From: Ylistrum balloti | Taxonomy: Eukaryota | Length of the DNA stretch: 64,000 bases | Direction of reading: 5' to 3' | NCBI RefSeq assembly: GCF_031769215.1 | Contig: NW_026782015.1 | Coordinates: 2,356,001 to 2,420,000 of the forward strand | Shown: one piece after another, positions 1 to 13,870 of the stretch | How the letters are laid out: every line of letters begins with the position of its first letter | How positions within the stretch are numbered: position 1 is the first letter of the stretch | The notes under the pieces: model-generated | What the model was told of the DNA's origin: nothing | Seen by the model: the letters and a program-made list of their open reading frames with translations, nothing else | The model's database searches: none | Translations under genes and position numbers: made by a program

Positions 1-2350
1 TCTTTCCAGCTATAAAGTTATGGTGTCCAGTACGCGCCATGTAAATCTCGATAAATCCAAGTAATGTCGTGTTCCCAAATGAGAACAATGTCAACAACAA
101 CCACACCAGTATGACCAGATCTACGATCTACTTCTTTTTGATTGCATTGGTTTCAAAATAACTTGTTTACACATTAAGTCATCAACGTACAGAAACTGGT
201 TTAAAATAACTTCAATGCAAATAAAGATGCGTGGCATTGAAAGGTCTAAAACAATTCCACGGCATAATTTATGGTCAGGAGAATGCAATTTTTATCAAAT
301 GCAAAATACACTTGAGCGATATTCTGTCAGTTGATCAATCATGCATGACCACGATAATTAAATCAGTAATTGATCAAAACATATCTTTACACAGGTACGT
401 ATAGACACTTAAAGATTTGTTACAATATGTAAGGTGGACCTATCAGTTTAACACTGATCTATCTGTCATACCGACGTCAGACAATACTTCCCTAAGACCT
501 AATACTATAGTAGTTACGACGCCCCTTTGTATGCATAGTATTTAACACAAGTGTATATTTCCAAACGTCAAAATGCATTGTCTATGAAAAATGTTTATCC
601 GACATCGCTGCCAGTAATGTAACAGCCGAACCAGAGTCACATTTTTTCTAGACATACCCATTTAAAGGATTCAAAATTTTTGGCATTAACATTGAAGGTA
701 GTCTCATAGATTTGTCTAAAATCTCTTGATATAATATTTAGGTAGAATTATCATTATGTACTTTGTAGGAGATTAAAGGTCCTTGAAATCGTATACTTTA
801 ATTCCTTTTTCACAATGATTACTTGATAAAATAATTGTATTAATTCATTGAATTACAACATGGACCATTTAAACAAACTGCGTTCATATTTGCTGATAGA
901 ATTCTTCTCAGTCTAAAATCGAGTTGTCATGGTGACACTTTGTTACCTGCTGGTAACATTCTATATATAATGAATTTCTAATCTATGTTAGAGCTGTGAA
1001 AATCGTTTTCTTTCGCTCTCAACTAGAAATAAAAAGTTATGTCTTCTATTGAATTCTCGTTTGTGTTAAAACCAAGTACCTACCTTCCATGGAATTGCCA
1101 AATGCCTGGCTTCAATGAAGGTTCTAATAAAGGAGGAAACATGGAGCCGAACCATGGAGATGTTTCGTCAACGCGAGAAAATTGCTTCTGGTCCTTTTGG
1201 TCTGGTACCTGTTACTAGCTCTCAGCATTAGTGCTTGTGTCAGTTATCGTTATACAGTACCGCGTTATCTCATGTAAAATTCAGGTGTCGTCAACAATGC
1301 ACCTATAGTAAAGTCTTGTCCAGATTTATCGGCACTAAAGTTTTAACGCTCAGTAGAGTAGTGTTGATGGACAGTGAAACGTACTACCTCGCCAATCACG
1401 ACGTGTAAATGGATAAAACAGTTGCTGACGTCAGTTTCCTCGTGTTTAAAACAAATATCCAATTAGTTCGATGGCGTAAACACAATAAGAGGACATGCTA
1501 AAATTTATAACATAGTTTCCTAATTTTATATGATCCATTCAGTATGAATAATGCCTTCTGATATGAGAAAAAAATTGAAAAGATTGTAACGAAAACACAA
1601 AACTCTCCACCGTTGTCAGTACTCTAGCCTTGATAAGTAGTATGCTGATGAACTTACAAACAAAACGATCGTCAATTAAACGTTGGACAAACACATCGAC
1701 AGGCTCTATACCTGTATGTAAATATACCTGTTGGAGTATTAGTTAAAGCTTTATCTACCGAAGATATCGATCAACGCAGCGCTTGTAAGGCATGGTGATA
1801 AGCTACCCCCTAGTATGGCTACCTAGACAAGAACCTTACAGTAATCAACTTATATTTTATGCGATAGGGTTACTCATAATTATATTGCATTTTGAACGGT
1901 TGTCTCTTGTCTTCACGGAGTGAATAGCATTATATATGCTTAATTGATAGATACGCGTCTCAGCATGCCAAAGGGATATTTTAATTTCTCCAGAATAATG
2001 ACTACTGTGTGATCTTAGCAGGTTTTTAAATACATATATAATACAACAATAATGTAGATTTGAATTTGTTTTAGAATTAAACAGTACTAATGAATGGACA
2101 GTTAACTCCTTGTGAGAGGAAGACAAACTAATTAGTTTTTATCTTGTGACTGTGCACACCTTTGTCTGATTGTCGCTTTGTTCCAGACTAATCTAACGTA
2201 CAGTGTACAGGTACACGCCATTGTCACTGCTTATACCGACACGTATTCAGTCTGTTCAGAATCGTGAACCAATCAGTGATGTTCAAGTATTGTTATCTTC
2301 TAAACATAGCAAACATTTGTGTTGTTTTCTTCTCCAACCAAAATAAGAAA

Positions 2351-2653
2351 TTAACAAGACTTTTTTTATGAAACACTATGCCCCCAGTTGCAACAAAATT
2401 CTGAAGTGGGACATTAAAACTGTACTGTGTAATGCATCTGCAAATTGCACGCTTACTTTGTGAAACACTTATGTCTTCATTGTGGTAATGACTTTTTTTA
2501 CTTTCAATTGTAGGTCAAAGGTTACGGTCAAAGTCAGAAGGTCAAGGTACCACCAAAAAAGAACACACGTGCCTAATATGAAATTTCATACGGTGCTATA
2601 GTTATGGGCCAGGTTAAAGTTGACAAAAGACAAACAGACAGCCAAAAAACAAG
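2351..2653 (+). mobile_element. HINE/pearl(CvA)-like non-autonomous element fragment
   Basis: Starts TTAACAAGA, has CTATGCCCCC (2376-2385), GGTCAAAGG/GGTCAAGG motifs and a GACA-type microsatellite remnant (gacaaacagacagcc). This matches the remembered layout of bivalve pearl/HINE-type repeats. The 3' hairpin is missing. Confidence 0.5.
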
Positions 2654-2755
2654 AAGGAAACAATATTGTACAAAGGAACCATTAGCGAATACCATCTTTA
2701 AAATATGTCGAAAAAAAAACCCGATAAATTAATTTTTTTAACAGAAGACAAAAAT

Positions 2756-2833
2756 GAATAGGATAAAAATGTTTGTGAAGTGCTGAAAGTAAGCGAATAG
2801 GATAAAAATGTTTGTGAAGTGCTGAAAGTAAGC
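2756..2833. repeat. Exact 39-bp tandem duplication (2 copies)
   Basis: gaataggataaaaatgtttgtgaagtgctgaaagtaagc at 2756-2794 and 2795-2833. Confidence 0.95.
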
Positions 2834-5343
2834 ATTGAAACAGATAACCTTGGTTTCATTCTTGTTCACCTGGCTTGACAATGTGACATGAATTACTTGG
2901 ATTAACCAAAGATTTAAATGGCTAGTGGCATCGACGAAACACTTGGTCGTACCCTCATAGTACATCAAGAATGTCCATGCATAGTCGTCGTTTGTTCTTA
3001 TATCCAAGCTGTGATTGTATTACAATTCTATTAACATGTCCGTTTTTCCTTTGTTGATTTTGTAAACATTTTAAAACAAACAGATTATATAGACAATGTG
3101 ATACCAACGGAAAAGCTTCAAACAAGATATTTGTGTGAATTATTCTAAGCGTGAATATGATTACGATACTTATGAATATGAATGAACATGCTCATAAATA
3201 TATATTAACTTGCATATGAACCGGTGTGGTGACAGATTTGCCATACAAATGTACAGTTAATTGTCTCTATATTTTGATATATAATGATCCAGTAGTATTA
3301 TGAAGCACACAGCTCCATAAGCACCTCTCCTTTTGTACTAATGATAATTCCAACAATCACTACGTCTAGCCACTACGACAGTAGATTGTCATATACTGTA
3401 GAAATACTTTATATGGCGCAGTTTAAATATCAGGGGATACAGAAACTGCTAATAGCGTAGTCGTAGTTTGGTGCAATGCTTCCGTGCATAAAGCGTTAAA
3501 ATCATGACATCACCAAAATATGTTCGTTTACAGTGTATATCACCACCGAATGTTGATGGTGTATTTCTTGTAGTTGTAACAATAAATTTCTCCTTTTATA
3601 TATCATTTTTCTTTCCGGTTACAGCAGACATTCCACGTTTGGATGTGTCATAATGGAGCCTTTCGGATTATCTATATATTTTGACTTGTGACATAATTTC
3701 CCCCTTGAAATCTACCAAAGCAAGATTCATTGCCTATATTTCAGTTGTGGAAGAGACATCTGTTCTGTTAAAATTATCATAATGTCAAAATGTTATTAAC
3801 ATCATAAGTACTTTACTTATAATTCATCTTTGTCAATTTATATTCTGCAAAATCTAGAGCAAATTAGCTTACTTTTATTTAAAGTTTAACATAAAAAATA
3901 TATAATGGTTATCTCCCTTACTTAATATGTATTGGAAATCTGGTCAAATAAATGGACAAATGAAACAGGCTTAATTTCTTTGAGTCCCGATTAAGTTGAA
4001 ATTGAAATATTACACATTTTTTGCTTCCCAGTTGGTATCTTTAAAATGAGCAATTTATCAGCTTTTGTTTCCTGGAGACAAGCTAAGGTAAGTGTATGTA
4101 ATGGATTGCTTTATGACATCGAGCGAAATATCAATATAAGGGGGACAACTCAGTCAACACAGTGAAACTGTACAATACAAGTGTAGTTGTATCGAAATTC
4201 GTTCATACTTATCAAATGTATTCAATGTATTCACTTACAGTAATGCTTTTTGTGTACAGTGTTTCCTATTTACTTAAGTAGTGTTAACAGACTAAAGATT
4301 TTAATGAACATACATGTCTTTAAGTTTAAGATTTTTAAAGGTTTGGAATGAACGTACATTAAAACAAAATACCGACATATCTAAGGAAGAGGAATCATTG
4401 TATGTTAATAAAAATTGTATTTAATTGTTCTTTATTTTATACAATATAGATAAATTAAGTCAAACGAGTTACTTCCCTTTATGCGATATTTCAGTATTGC
4501 TCGATATATTTTAAGTCTTGAACACATCGGAATATTGTTTACAGAGTGACAGGAGAGCTGATATGAATTGATATTCGGCAATTATTCAAGCAAATTATCG
4601 AAGTCAAACATTATTTTTTTCTGAATTCATGATAAAGTAGTTCTTTGTTATGATAAATTCTAAGAACATATCCTTAAGGCATGACAATTCAAAATTAAAT
4701 TTTACGTGTGTGTTGTAAGTAGTCCAATGAAAGGTCACATCAATATATCTCGACAACGCAATTATTTACTAAAAGTAAAATGGTGTAGAAGAATCGTTTT
4801 GAAATGTTATTTTTCATCAGTGAACGATTTGACCATCAGCCATTTTACACTAATGTATTCTCTAGATACAGATGAAAATTAAAAAGATAAACAAACAAAA
4901 ATTGTTTGTATACATTGTCGGTGCTACTGAACAGATACGTCATATTACATATGCAATACCACTTAGAACAATTAATCAAGCACTCCAAATTTGAATTTCC
5001 CATTCAGCGAAGCTTAAACAAACATAATCCGACACCACGTAACTAATTCAAAATTCCTACACTGTCAGATATCGTCGGTTTATTGGAAATGATTCAACAG
5101 TCAATCGGCACCAAGCGATACTAAATCTAATGAATGGTTGTTCGGCTTTCGACTTATAATTTAACAACATAGAACAATTTATATATGAAGCTGTGCTAGT
5201 GTATTGTGTATAAAAAAATGACCTATTTTGGTGATTTTCTCAAAAGACAAAATTAAATACGATATCAACACCCGTATCATAAAGAATTATATTCTTTAAA
5301 AACATTAATGAAAAATTAAATTATATAAAATATATGGACATAC

Positions 5344-5956
5344 CTTGCCGACAACGTTACAGTTGTCAGTCTAATTAGCTTCGCCGGGACTCGTCGGGTA
5401 CGACTAGTCTGATGCATCCGCTTGGACGGAGAAGGGAGCGGGTCGATATGACCTTGACCTGGAACCATCACATGGTATTTGGTACTTCCGCCAGAGTTCC
5501 GTGTATAGTCGGAAAATGCGCGTGACGCTGGCGTGTTGTTTGGCGGTGGTTTCCTCTCCACCTGCACAGACGCAGGTGATTTAATCCTGCTCATCTTATC
5601 ATTACCAATATCAGAATCTCTCTCATCACGGGACCTGGAATCCGGTATCGTTATTTCTGAACCAGGACGAGTGGACCTTCCTTCTGTCCGATCATCCGGA
5701 TAATCAGGCTTTTTACTTTTTCGAACTATTGGGGGTTTCCCGATGACCCCTTTCTCTGTTTTTACGATAGCCTCGGGAATCATCGGCGTAGTCACGTGGA
5801 TTGCTGTTGTATTCTTTATTTGAAGGACCCCATGTTTGCCGAACTTGGCTTCTTTCACCTGTATGCCCTTGAGATCATTGATGTCGACATCGATGGGCGA
5901 TTTGGACTCGATGTCAGACCCAAGGTCAGGGGGTTTCTCTACCAACGTCGCCATAC
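5344..5956 (-). CDS. Large coding exon of an unidentified, probably disordered Pro/Ser/Arg/Lys-rich protein (MATLVEKPPDLG...TTVTLSAR)
   Basis: A ~204-codon open frame, GC-richer than its flanks, bounded by a good acceptor (ttgttacattacag|GTATGGCG) and a consensus donor (AAG|GTATGT). No recognisable domain; partner exons are uncertain. Confidence 0.65.
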
Positions 5957-6149
5957 CTGTAATGTAACAAAGATGTTGATAAAATTGTCTAAATCATTGT
6001 GAATATCTTGTCCGTCTTTAATGACATAAAAAAACACCTACATGTCAACTAAAGCTGAATTTAAACTATCATTCGATAAAAATTGGGCAAAATATAAAAA
6101 GAAGAAAGATTTAAATGGAGACTCCTAAATCAGAACACGGAGAATAAGA

Positions 6150-6205
6150 AATATGTGTTCCGGAAATGTAAGTGTGTTCTGCTTCATTGACTACACCCGC
6201 CTTAT
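6150..6205 (-). mobile_element. Decayed copy of a dispersed Penelope-like-element-associated motif
   Basis: gtgttccggaaatgtaag...cacccgcc resembles 41519-41570 and 42083-42137, and the reverse complement of the segment remembered downstream of the RT in bivalve PLE-type repeats. Confidence 0.4.
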
Positions 6206-7720
6206 AAGTTTTGGTCAATCCAAGTAGATAACATCACGTTCCCGAACGAGAACAAGTTAAGAAAAGAATGGAACCACCAATATACATGTACTAACAAGTG
6301 TAAATCAAGAACAACGTCATATCATACAAGGAAATAGATATATCTTTGATATCATTAAGACAACTTTACATCTTTCCGCCATCTTCATCAACCTACGCCT
6401 CTCGAAACCTTGTGTTGTGAGTTCGTAATACACAACACTTCTACCCATATCACTGCCGTAAGCTTTAAATGATGTGTCACTCGCCGTGTTATAGCAAAAT
6501 TATATGAAGATTTTAACTTTTTAGTAATGTAATTAAAAGAAGCCAGTGTCGAAATGACTGTGCTGTGATTATATATCAGTACATTGCAGTCGAAATGTTA
6601 AAAAATGTAGACAAAGAAAGGTATAATTATATTTTAGTGAAATTATTGTTCGTTTACAACGTTTACAAATTGAAACTGTCTTCTAGTTTCCGTAACAGAA
6701 AATAATTTTCAGTAATCCCTCTATTTTATAGCAAAAGCATACAATAATCATTTCTAACGTTTTAGAATCAATCAATGTTCATCCGTCTCAGATTTCTGAA
6801 ATGTGATATGACAGTATATATCGATGTGTAACTTGCTAGTAAACATTGAATTAGTATGGCGACGTGATCATTGATATAATTTTGAAATGTGATTTTTTTT
6901 TTAAACTTGCCGACATCAACAAAGGAAACAGCCACATACGAGGTTTAAGTCTCCGAATAAATACATGTATATCTATTGGCTCATATACACCCCTTAATAA
7001 GTGTAGCATATCAACATTCTTATCATAAGTTTGTATTTTATTTCAACTGAATGGTTAGAATAATTACACGTTAACGCAACAGGTGCTACTCAAAATATCA
7101 CGGTGATGAGTACGAGTTGTCTTTCCTGGTATGCAACATATTGGTCTTACTGACGCAAATACAGAGAATTTCCAAGGTTTAATGTTTTATGATACTCGTA
7201 GTTTAAAATCGTATTGGACAGTGTTAAATGCATTATCATATATCATAACATATACACTCGGCTATAGGTTAGGGACCAACCATATCTTGGAATGGGCTTA
7301 ATTTTGTTCGTTTTGTTTCAGAAAAAAAGTTCCATGAAAACTCAACAGGATATATACAGGAATGTTTTGTTCTTTTCTACACATCTAATGATTTATAATC
7401 GATAGGAAATTAAATTCACAGAACCGGAAGTGCTGTATCGTTTTAAAAAGAGCTTCCAAAATAGGCATTTCCAAAGTCTGGAAAAAGTGTAACTGTCTCA
7501 TATTAACAGATATGTCATCAAATCACCAAAGTCTGTTGTTTGGTCAGGAAGAATAACTCTCCTTGTATTTTTTACAAGAGTCCATGTTAATCTTTGCTTT
7601 GTGCATGTTTTGACTTAGTTTTATAGAATTAGAATTTGGATTATGATCATATTGACATGTCACTTATTTTTTTGAAAGTGTATGCAACTGTTAGTTTCGG
7701 GTAAAGCCACCATTCTTCTA

Positions 7721-9248
7721 GTATAATTTCCGTGTCCGTGTCCGTCGCCGTATCATTGAGTCAAAACTCTCCTGGTACAATTCCTGTGTCCGTCGCCGTA
7801 TCATTGAGTCAACACTCTCCTGGTACAATTCCTGTGTCCGTCGCCGTATCATTGAGTCAACACTCTTCTGGTACAATTCCTGTGTCCGTTGCCGTATCAT
7901 TGAGTCAACACTCTTCTGGTAGAATTCCTGTGTCCGTCGCCGTATCATTGAGTCAACACTCTCCTGGTACAATTCCTGTGTCCGTCGCCGTATCATTGAG
8001 TCAACACTCTTCTGGTACAATTCCTGTGTCCGTCGCCGTATCATTGAGTCAACACTCTCCTGGTACAATCCCTGTGTGCGTCGCCGTATCATTGAGTCAA
8101 CACTCTTCTGGTACAATTCCTGTGTCCGTCTCCGTATCATTGAGTCAACACTCTCCTGGTACAATCCCTGTGTGCGTCGCCGTATCATTGAGTCAACACT
8201 CTTCTGGTACAATTCCTGTGTCCGTTGCCGTATCATTGAGTCAACACTCTCCTGGTACAATCCCTGTGTGCGTCGCCGTATCATTGAGTCAACACTCTTC
8301 TGGTACAATTCCTGTGTCCGTATCCGTATCATTGAGTCAACACTCTCCTTGTACACTCCCTGTGTGCGTCGCCGTCTCATTGAGTCAACACTCTCCTGGT
8401 ACAATTCCTGTGTCAGTCGCCGTATCATTGAGTCAACATTCTCCTGGTACAATCCCTGTGTCAGTCGCCGTATCATTGAGTCAACACTCTCCTGGTACAA
8501 TCCGTGTGTCCGTCGCCGTATCATTGAGTCAACACTCTCCTGGTACAATTCCTGTGTCCGTCGCCGTATCATTGAGTCAACACTCTCCTGGTACAATCCC
8601 TGTGTCCGTCACCGTATCATTGAGTCAACACTCTCCTGGTACAATCCCTGTGTCAGTCGCCGTATCATTGAGTCAACACTCTCCTGGTACAATCCGTGTG
8701 TCCGTCGCCGTATCATTGAGTCAACACTCTCCTGGTACAATTCCTGTGTCCGTCGCCGTATCATTGAGTCAACACTCTCCTGGTACAATCCCTGTGTGCG
8801 TCGCCGTGTCATTGGGCCATTACTCTCCTGGTACAATTCTTGTGAACGTCGTCGTCTTATTGAGTCACCACTCTTCCGGTACAATTCCTGTGTCCGTCGC
8901 TGTCTCATTGAGTCACCACTCTCCTGGTACAATTCCTGTGTCCGTCACCGTCTCATTGAGTCACCACTCTTCTGGTACAATTCCTGTGTCCGTCGCTGTC
9001 TCATTGAGTCACCACTCTTCTGGTACAATTCCTGTGTGCGTCGCCGTCTCATTGAGTCAACACTCTTCTGGTACAATTCCTGTGTCCGTCGTCGGTTCAT
9101 TGAGTTAACACCCTTCTGGTACAATTCCTGTGTCCATCGTCGGTTCATTGAGTTACCAATATTCTGGTACAATTCCCTTGTGCGTCGCCGTCTAATTGAG
9201 TCACCACTGTCCTGGTACAATTCCTGTGTCCGTCTCCGTCTCGTTGAG
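7721..9248. repeat. 48-bp minisatellite, ~31-32 copies
   Basis: Unit tcaacactctcctggtacaattcctgtgtccgtcgccgtatcattgag. Homogeneous to ~8800, more divergent to the right. It explains the 16-aa-periodic ORFs in three frames. Confidence 0.97.
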
Positions 9249-12200
9249 GTTTTACAATGCCATCCAACGTAAGATCAAGGGATCTGATCTCGGTACTTCT
9301 GCCCATTTAAAGTTCCATGGAGGACATACAAGCGAAACTCACAGTTGCGGGCACAGTGTGATTCTAATAGTATGCTGTATTTCTTGGTTTCTAATCGCGG
9401 ACCCGGCCGTCTGTCGGAATAAATAAAACGTGACTTTAATCAGACCAGATGACTCTTCATCAAGACCTTATAATCCATGTCCGGTGATCACGTGCCCATT
9501 GCGGTCTTGTTTGTTTCTGCCTCCCAGTTAACAGAGGACGTTTTATTGGTCGGTGTGAGCGGAACCGTCTATTGTTCAAACATATGTTTTCGCTACGTCT
9601 CCTAAACCGATCTTGACGTTACAACATCCTCTAGGCTTGTTAGCAGTGATGACTGGGGCTCGCCTTGTCTGTTCTTCTCTATCTGTGTCTTTCGAGGTCT
9701 GGAAGATCTGGGATGCTCGTCGACATGTCCTGATTGGCTCAGACGCTGCATTATCCGAGAAATAACAATGGCTGACATTACAACGTGCAGTTACTGGCCT
9801 GTTCGTAACACCGTATTGAACCATTCCAGAAGCTTACCGTCTTTCAGCATGTCAATTTCCAACGTGCCATTTTTAGATAAATTATGAGCACATATCTGAT
9901 TTGCCAATAATACACAAGCAAACGCTGCTTTAGGTGACAACCTTGTGTTTTGTTAGATTACGGGGTATCCCTGTTTAATCTATGCTATCGTTAAGCTGGG
10001 TGTATCGCTTGGTGGCAATCGTCACCGAGCGCAAAAGGAGACGCTGCAAGGAGTACAACCATACTGATTTATATTGATTAGAATTTTCACTCTGAAATTA
10101 TAGTCCCTAACTTATGGCCTAGTATACAGAATAAATAATAATTTATTTCGCGGGGAAAAAATATTTCTTCTGGTGATACCGTATTGATAATTTTGATGAA
10201 CGTGTGCATGTGATTAAGGAGAGATTCCATATTCTTCACCATTTATTATTTACATATATATACACTATATAAATAGATGTTAAACTGTACACGACCCTCC
10301 TTACAAGTGAACAGTGTTTTTGTTCCTGGTAAATTTAACTTACAATGTACATGACAAGAAAACGTATGGAAGCAATGTAAAGTCCCTGAGAAATTATTGT
10401 TTAACCGGGATAGCAAAAATATATTGACCAAACAAATGGTATACAAAATGTACATGAATAAGTTATGTATTTATCAACACCTACAAATAAAGTAAATGTG
10501 AATAAAGAAAAAATAATGACACATAAAGATACAGTTAATGTAAATAAGGAACACACACACAAAAAAAATGAATTTCGTGCTGAACCATCCCTTTACGAAA
10601 ATCATTATGTATATTTATGTACCGAGCTAAATCAAAGAATGCACAAAAAGAAAGGTTAAGAAAAAAAATAACTGTTTCTTAAGAGTGAAATGAGGTACAT
10701 ATATGTGTCTGAAGAAATGCATTGTGCTTTGTCTCTGCGATACAATACATCTGTTATCATTGTGATATGTACGTCGATAATTGCAGAGAAGGTTGAACAG
10801 AAAAATACAAAATTAGAATAAGATATATTAGGTTTATGTAATAAACGGATTTGTACAGCTGTGACCATATAAAGTTTACCATGTTTTCGAGGTAATCTTC
10901 TATGTCTGTGTTTCATAGAATCCCACACTGTCTCGGACATCATATTTTGCATAATTTCCTGTTTCCTTAAAATGTTCATTTCAGTCTTCTTGTTTACTGT
11001 CCCATCCGGACTCACGCAAAGCTTCACAAACAGGTAGCTGTAATTCCGAACTGTATGGAGATATGTCGCACTTAAACTTCTATTGTTTTGGTCATCATTC
11101 GGATTTGTTCCATGTTGGAAAGTGGTCACATAAAGCCAACAAACGTTATAAACTTATCTGCAATTATTACACACTGGAACGGTGTGCCACTATCTAATGC
11201 CACTATCCACGAGAATATTTTCGTGGTCTATAGAGAAGTATATAGATTCCGTTAACATTTAAGACCGTCATCCAGAAATGTTTCTTTTTGCAGCTTAAAT
11301 GTAGCGTAATCACTACACAGAAACCTATGTAGACATGTCCATCTAGTGTTGCTACTGTTTACACAAGACCTCAACAACAAGTATTCTACCCTTCACACAC
11401 TGAGACAGGCCTGGATGTCAGCCCAAACTACCAGTCTTTCACTAACTAATTAAAATTGCCATTAACGATCTCACGCAATTCAAATGGCAAGTCATTATTA
11501 CTTCGTATGAATGACAACTCCTTGTGATTCATCACAATTAAAAACCGAAAGTAAAAATCTCATAACAAATACAGGTATTTGAATGGCAGGTAATTATAAA
11601 GAGTTCCGAATGAGGTTTATTAGAAATACATTCAGTAACGCCATTCTGTGTCTGGTTAACCTGACTTACTCTGTTAAGAAAAATAATGAAAAATGAGGTT
11701 TTGATATCAAAATGCATAGAGGTGATTAAACATATACTCAGAAATTTCTATGTAATGGTATCTATTAGGGCAGTGTGCGTTTATTGAATATCTGCTCTTT
11801 GCTAATTTGCACTGTCATTGTCGGAAAGGACCCAGTTTCATGGCGTAGAAGCTGACAATGTCATGCATACCATTGTGTTAGTGTAAAACCCATTGTATGG
11901 AAGAGAGAAACTATCGGCCTTCATTGTCATTTTAAAACACAAAAAAAATGCATACTGATACGCCATTCATTAGAAAATAACAGTAGTCAAAACGTAATAC
12001 CAGTTCAGCGTCGAAAACAACTGTTCACATTATCAGACGCAAAAGTATTGCGTAATCAATATAACTCCTGTTATAGAAATCATTCAGTTATGTAGTGTTT
12101 ATTGCATTTTTCCTCAAAGGCTTCGTCCTTTTTTATCACTGAGTTGGCCTTACTTTAGATATTGATGCATGGCATTGAGTGAAATATACCTAGACTACGG

Positions 12201-13285
12201 TCACGTGGTTACATATCCCGAGCTGAACAAGATATGACGTCATAGATTCAGAAACGCTCTTGGCCTGGTTTTCAAGCGTTTTCAGACTTTTCTGTCCTAA
12301 TGTTCGGTCTTTAAACTCCTTTTGGTATTGTGAATAGGTCTATACAGAGAACCAAGGCTGTAAATATATTGGACACACCCTAACGATTACTTATGGTTCG
12401 TTTGAGTGTAGTACATTAATATTTTTATGTATTTGAATGCATTGTATTATTACATTGATCTGCAGAAAGAAAAATACAAAGCTAACATTCTGGTTTTCTA
12501 ATGGAATAATGACGAAAACCCAACACGAGGCCTGGGTATCACATTTAGGAATTATAATGAAATAAAAACCGATCTGTTTGCAACATTGATTTATCACGAC
12601 TTCACCATGTGCACGGTCTCTTTAAGATCACGTGATATGTAAGTAGTTTATGTTAAATATGAATGTTACTCTCAGTCATAACCAATTTAAACCCTCTTCC
12701 AAATTAGAGATCTTTTTTTCTTTTTTCTATTTTATCATTATTTTTGTTTGAGCAGTCGATCGGTTGTTATCTACAATGTTTAGATACTATAACGCCGGTG
12801 TGATGATGGACGGAGCCCCGAACTATTTTCACAACTGGCTGCATACATTTGTAAACTTAAAATCATTTCACTATTCCCAATGTCATTCCGTCGACGTCGG
12901 AAATTTCTATTTTACATCACCTTCAGCATTATCTTGTGTATCCTTATATATGTTTAGCCCGTTGCATTCGGAATATCCTTAGTTTTCACATATACCACTG
13001 GTTGTCAATGTAAATAGACAAAAGAAAACACATATCATACACGTCCTTGTGGAAGATTGTACATAACACTCAGTTATACACAATACAGCCAAACAGTGGA
13101 TTAAACTTAGTAAGTCAATAAACCTAATTGTGGATGAGTCTTTCGTTACAAAAATTTCGATATTGGAGTATGTGTATGTCATTTGGTAGATTCAGCTTTC
13201 ATTATCTTTCCGAAACATGTTTTAACTGCATTTTTTATCATTGCTTCATTCTGAATTTTGTATGCAGCGTGACTTCTGCACTCCA

Positions 13286-13870
13286 ATATCAAAACACTGT
13301 GATATAGATCGTGCCTGTATTACATTTTTCCTTTATCACGACATTCAGGTCGGGATAATATATACACCACGATATATTGCCTATATTACGATACTCAGAT
13401 TGAGATAATGCCTAAACCACGATACATTTCCTAAATCATGACAAATTGCCTAAACCACAACACATTGCCTAAAACACGACACATTGCCTTAACCACGACA
13501 CATTGCCTAAACCACGACACATTGCCTATATCACGACATTAAGATCGAGAGGGTTTCTATGCCACGACATATTACCTATATGACGATACTTAGAATGAGA
13601 TAAGTCCTAAAACACAACACATTGCCAATATTACGACAGTCAATTTGAGATAATGCCGATATCACGACAGTTTGCCTAAATAACGACACATTGTCTATAT
13701 CACGACTGTCAGATCGAGATAATGTATATGCCACGACATATTGCCTATATCACGACACTCATATATCAAAACACTGTGATATAGATCGTGCCTATATAAC
13801 ATTCTCCCTTTATCACTATATTCAGATAGTGTCTATACCACGATAGATATTGCCTATATACCAACATTCA
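13286..13870. repeat. Degenerate 19-20-bp tandem repeat region containing a longer direct repeat
   Basis: acattgcctaaaccacgac-type units, clearest at ~13443-13535. tatcaaaacactgtgatatagatcgtgcct recurs at ~13286 and ~13764. Confidence 0.8.

Noticed and set aside
1-1310. Possible downstream exons of the minus-strand gene (about 1-120, 1085-1206, 1285-1303)
   Set aside because: Open stretches exist, but acceptors are weak or phases do not join the 5344 donor without a near-immediate stop, so no model is defensible.
3680-4500. Recurrent (g)ttatctccctt-type motifs here and at ~29130 and ~39000-40330
   Set aside because: Probably old transposon debris, but boundaries, TIRs and TSDs could not be defined.
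7718-9272. Long ORFs (458, 398 and 292 aa) with 16-aa periodicity
   Set aside because: They are by-products of the 48-bp unit: open in three frames, variants are non-synonymous in every frame, stops appear in the divergent part, and there is no credible start or splice context.
10656-11129. 157-aa minus-strand ORF
   Set aside because: It has no ATG start, recognisable domain or convincing splice sites; it could be a TE relic but cannot be supported.
11207-11226. 20-bp near-palindrome CCACGAGAATATTTTCGTGG
   Set aside because: Isolated and short, with no TSD or second copy; compatible with chance.
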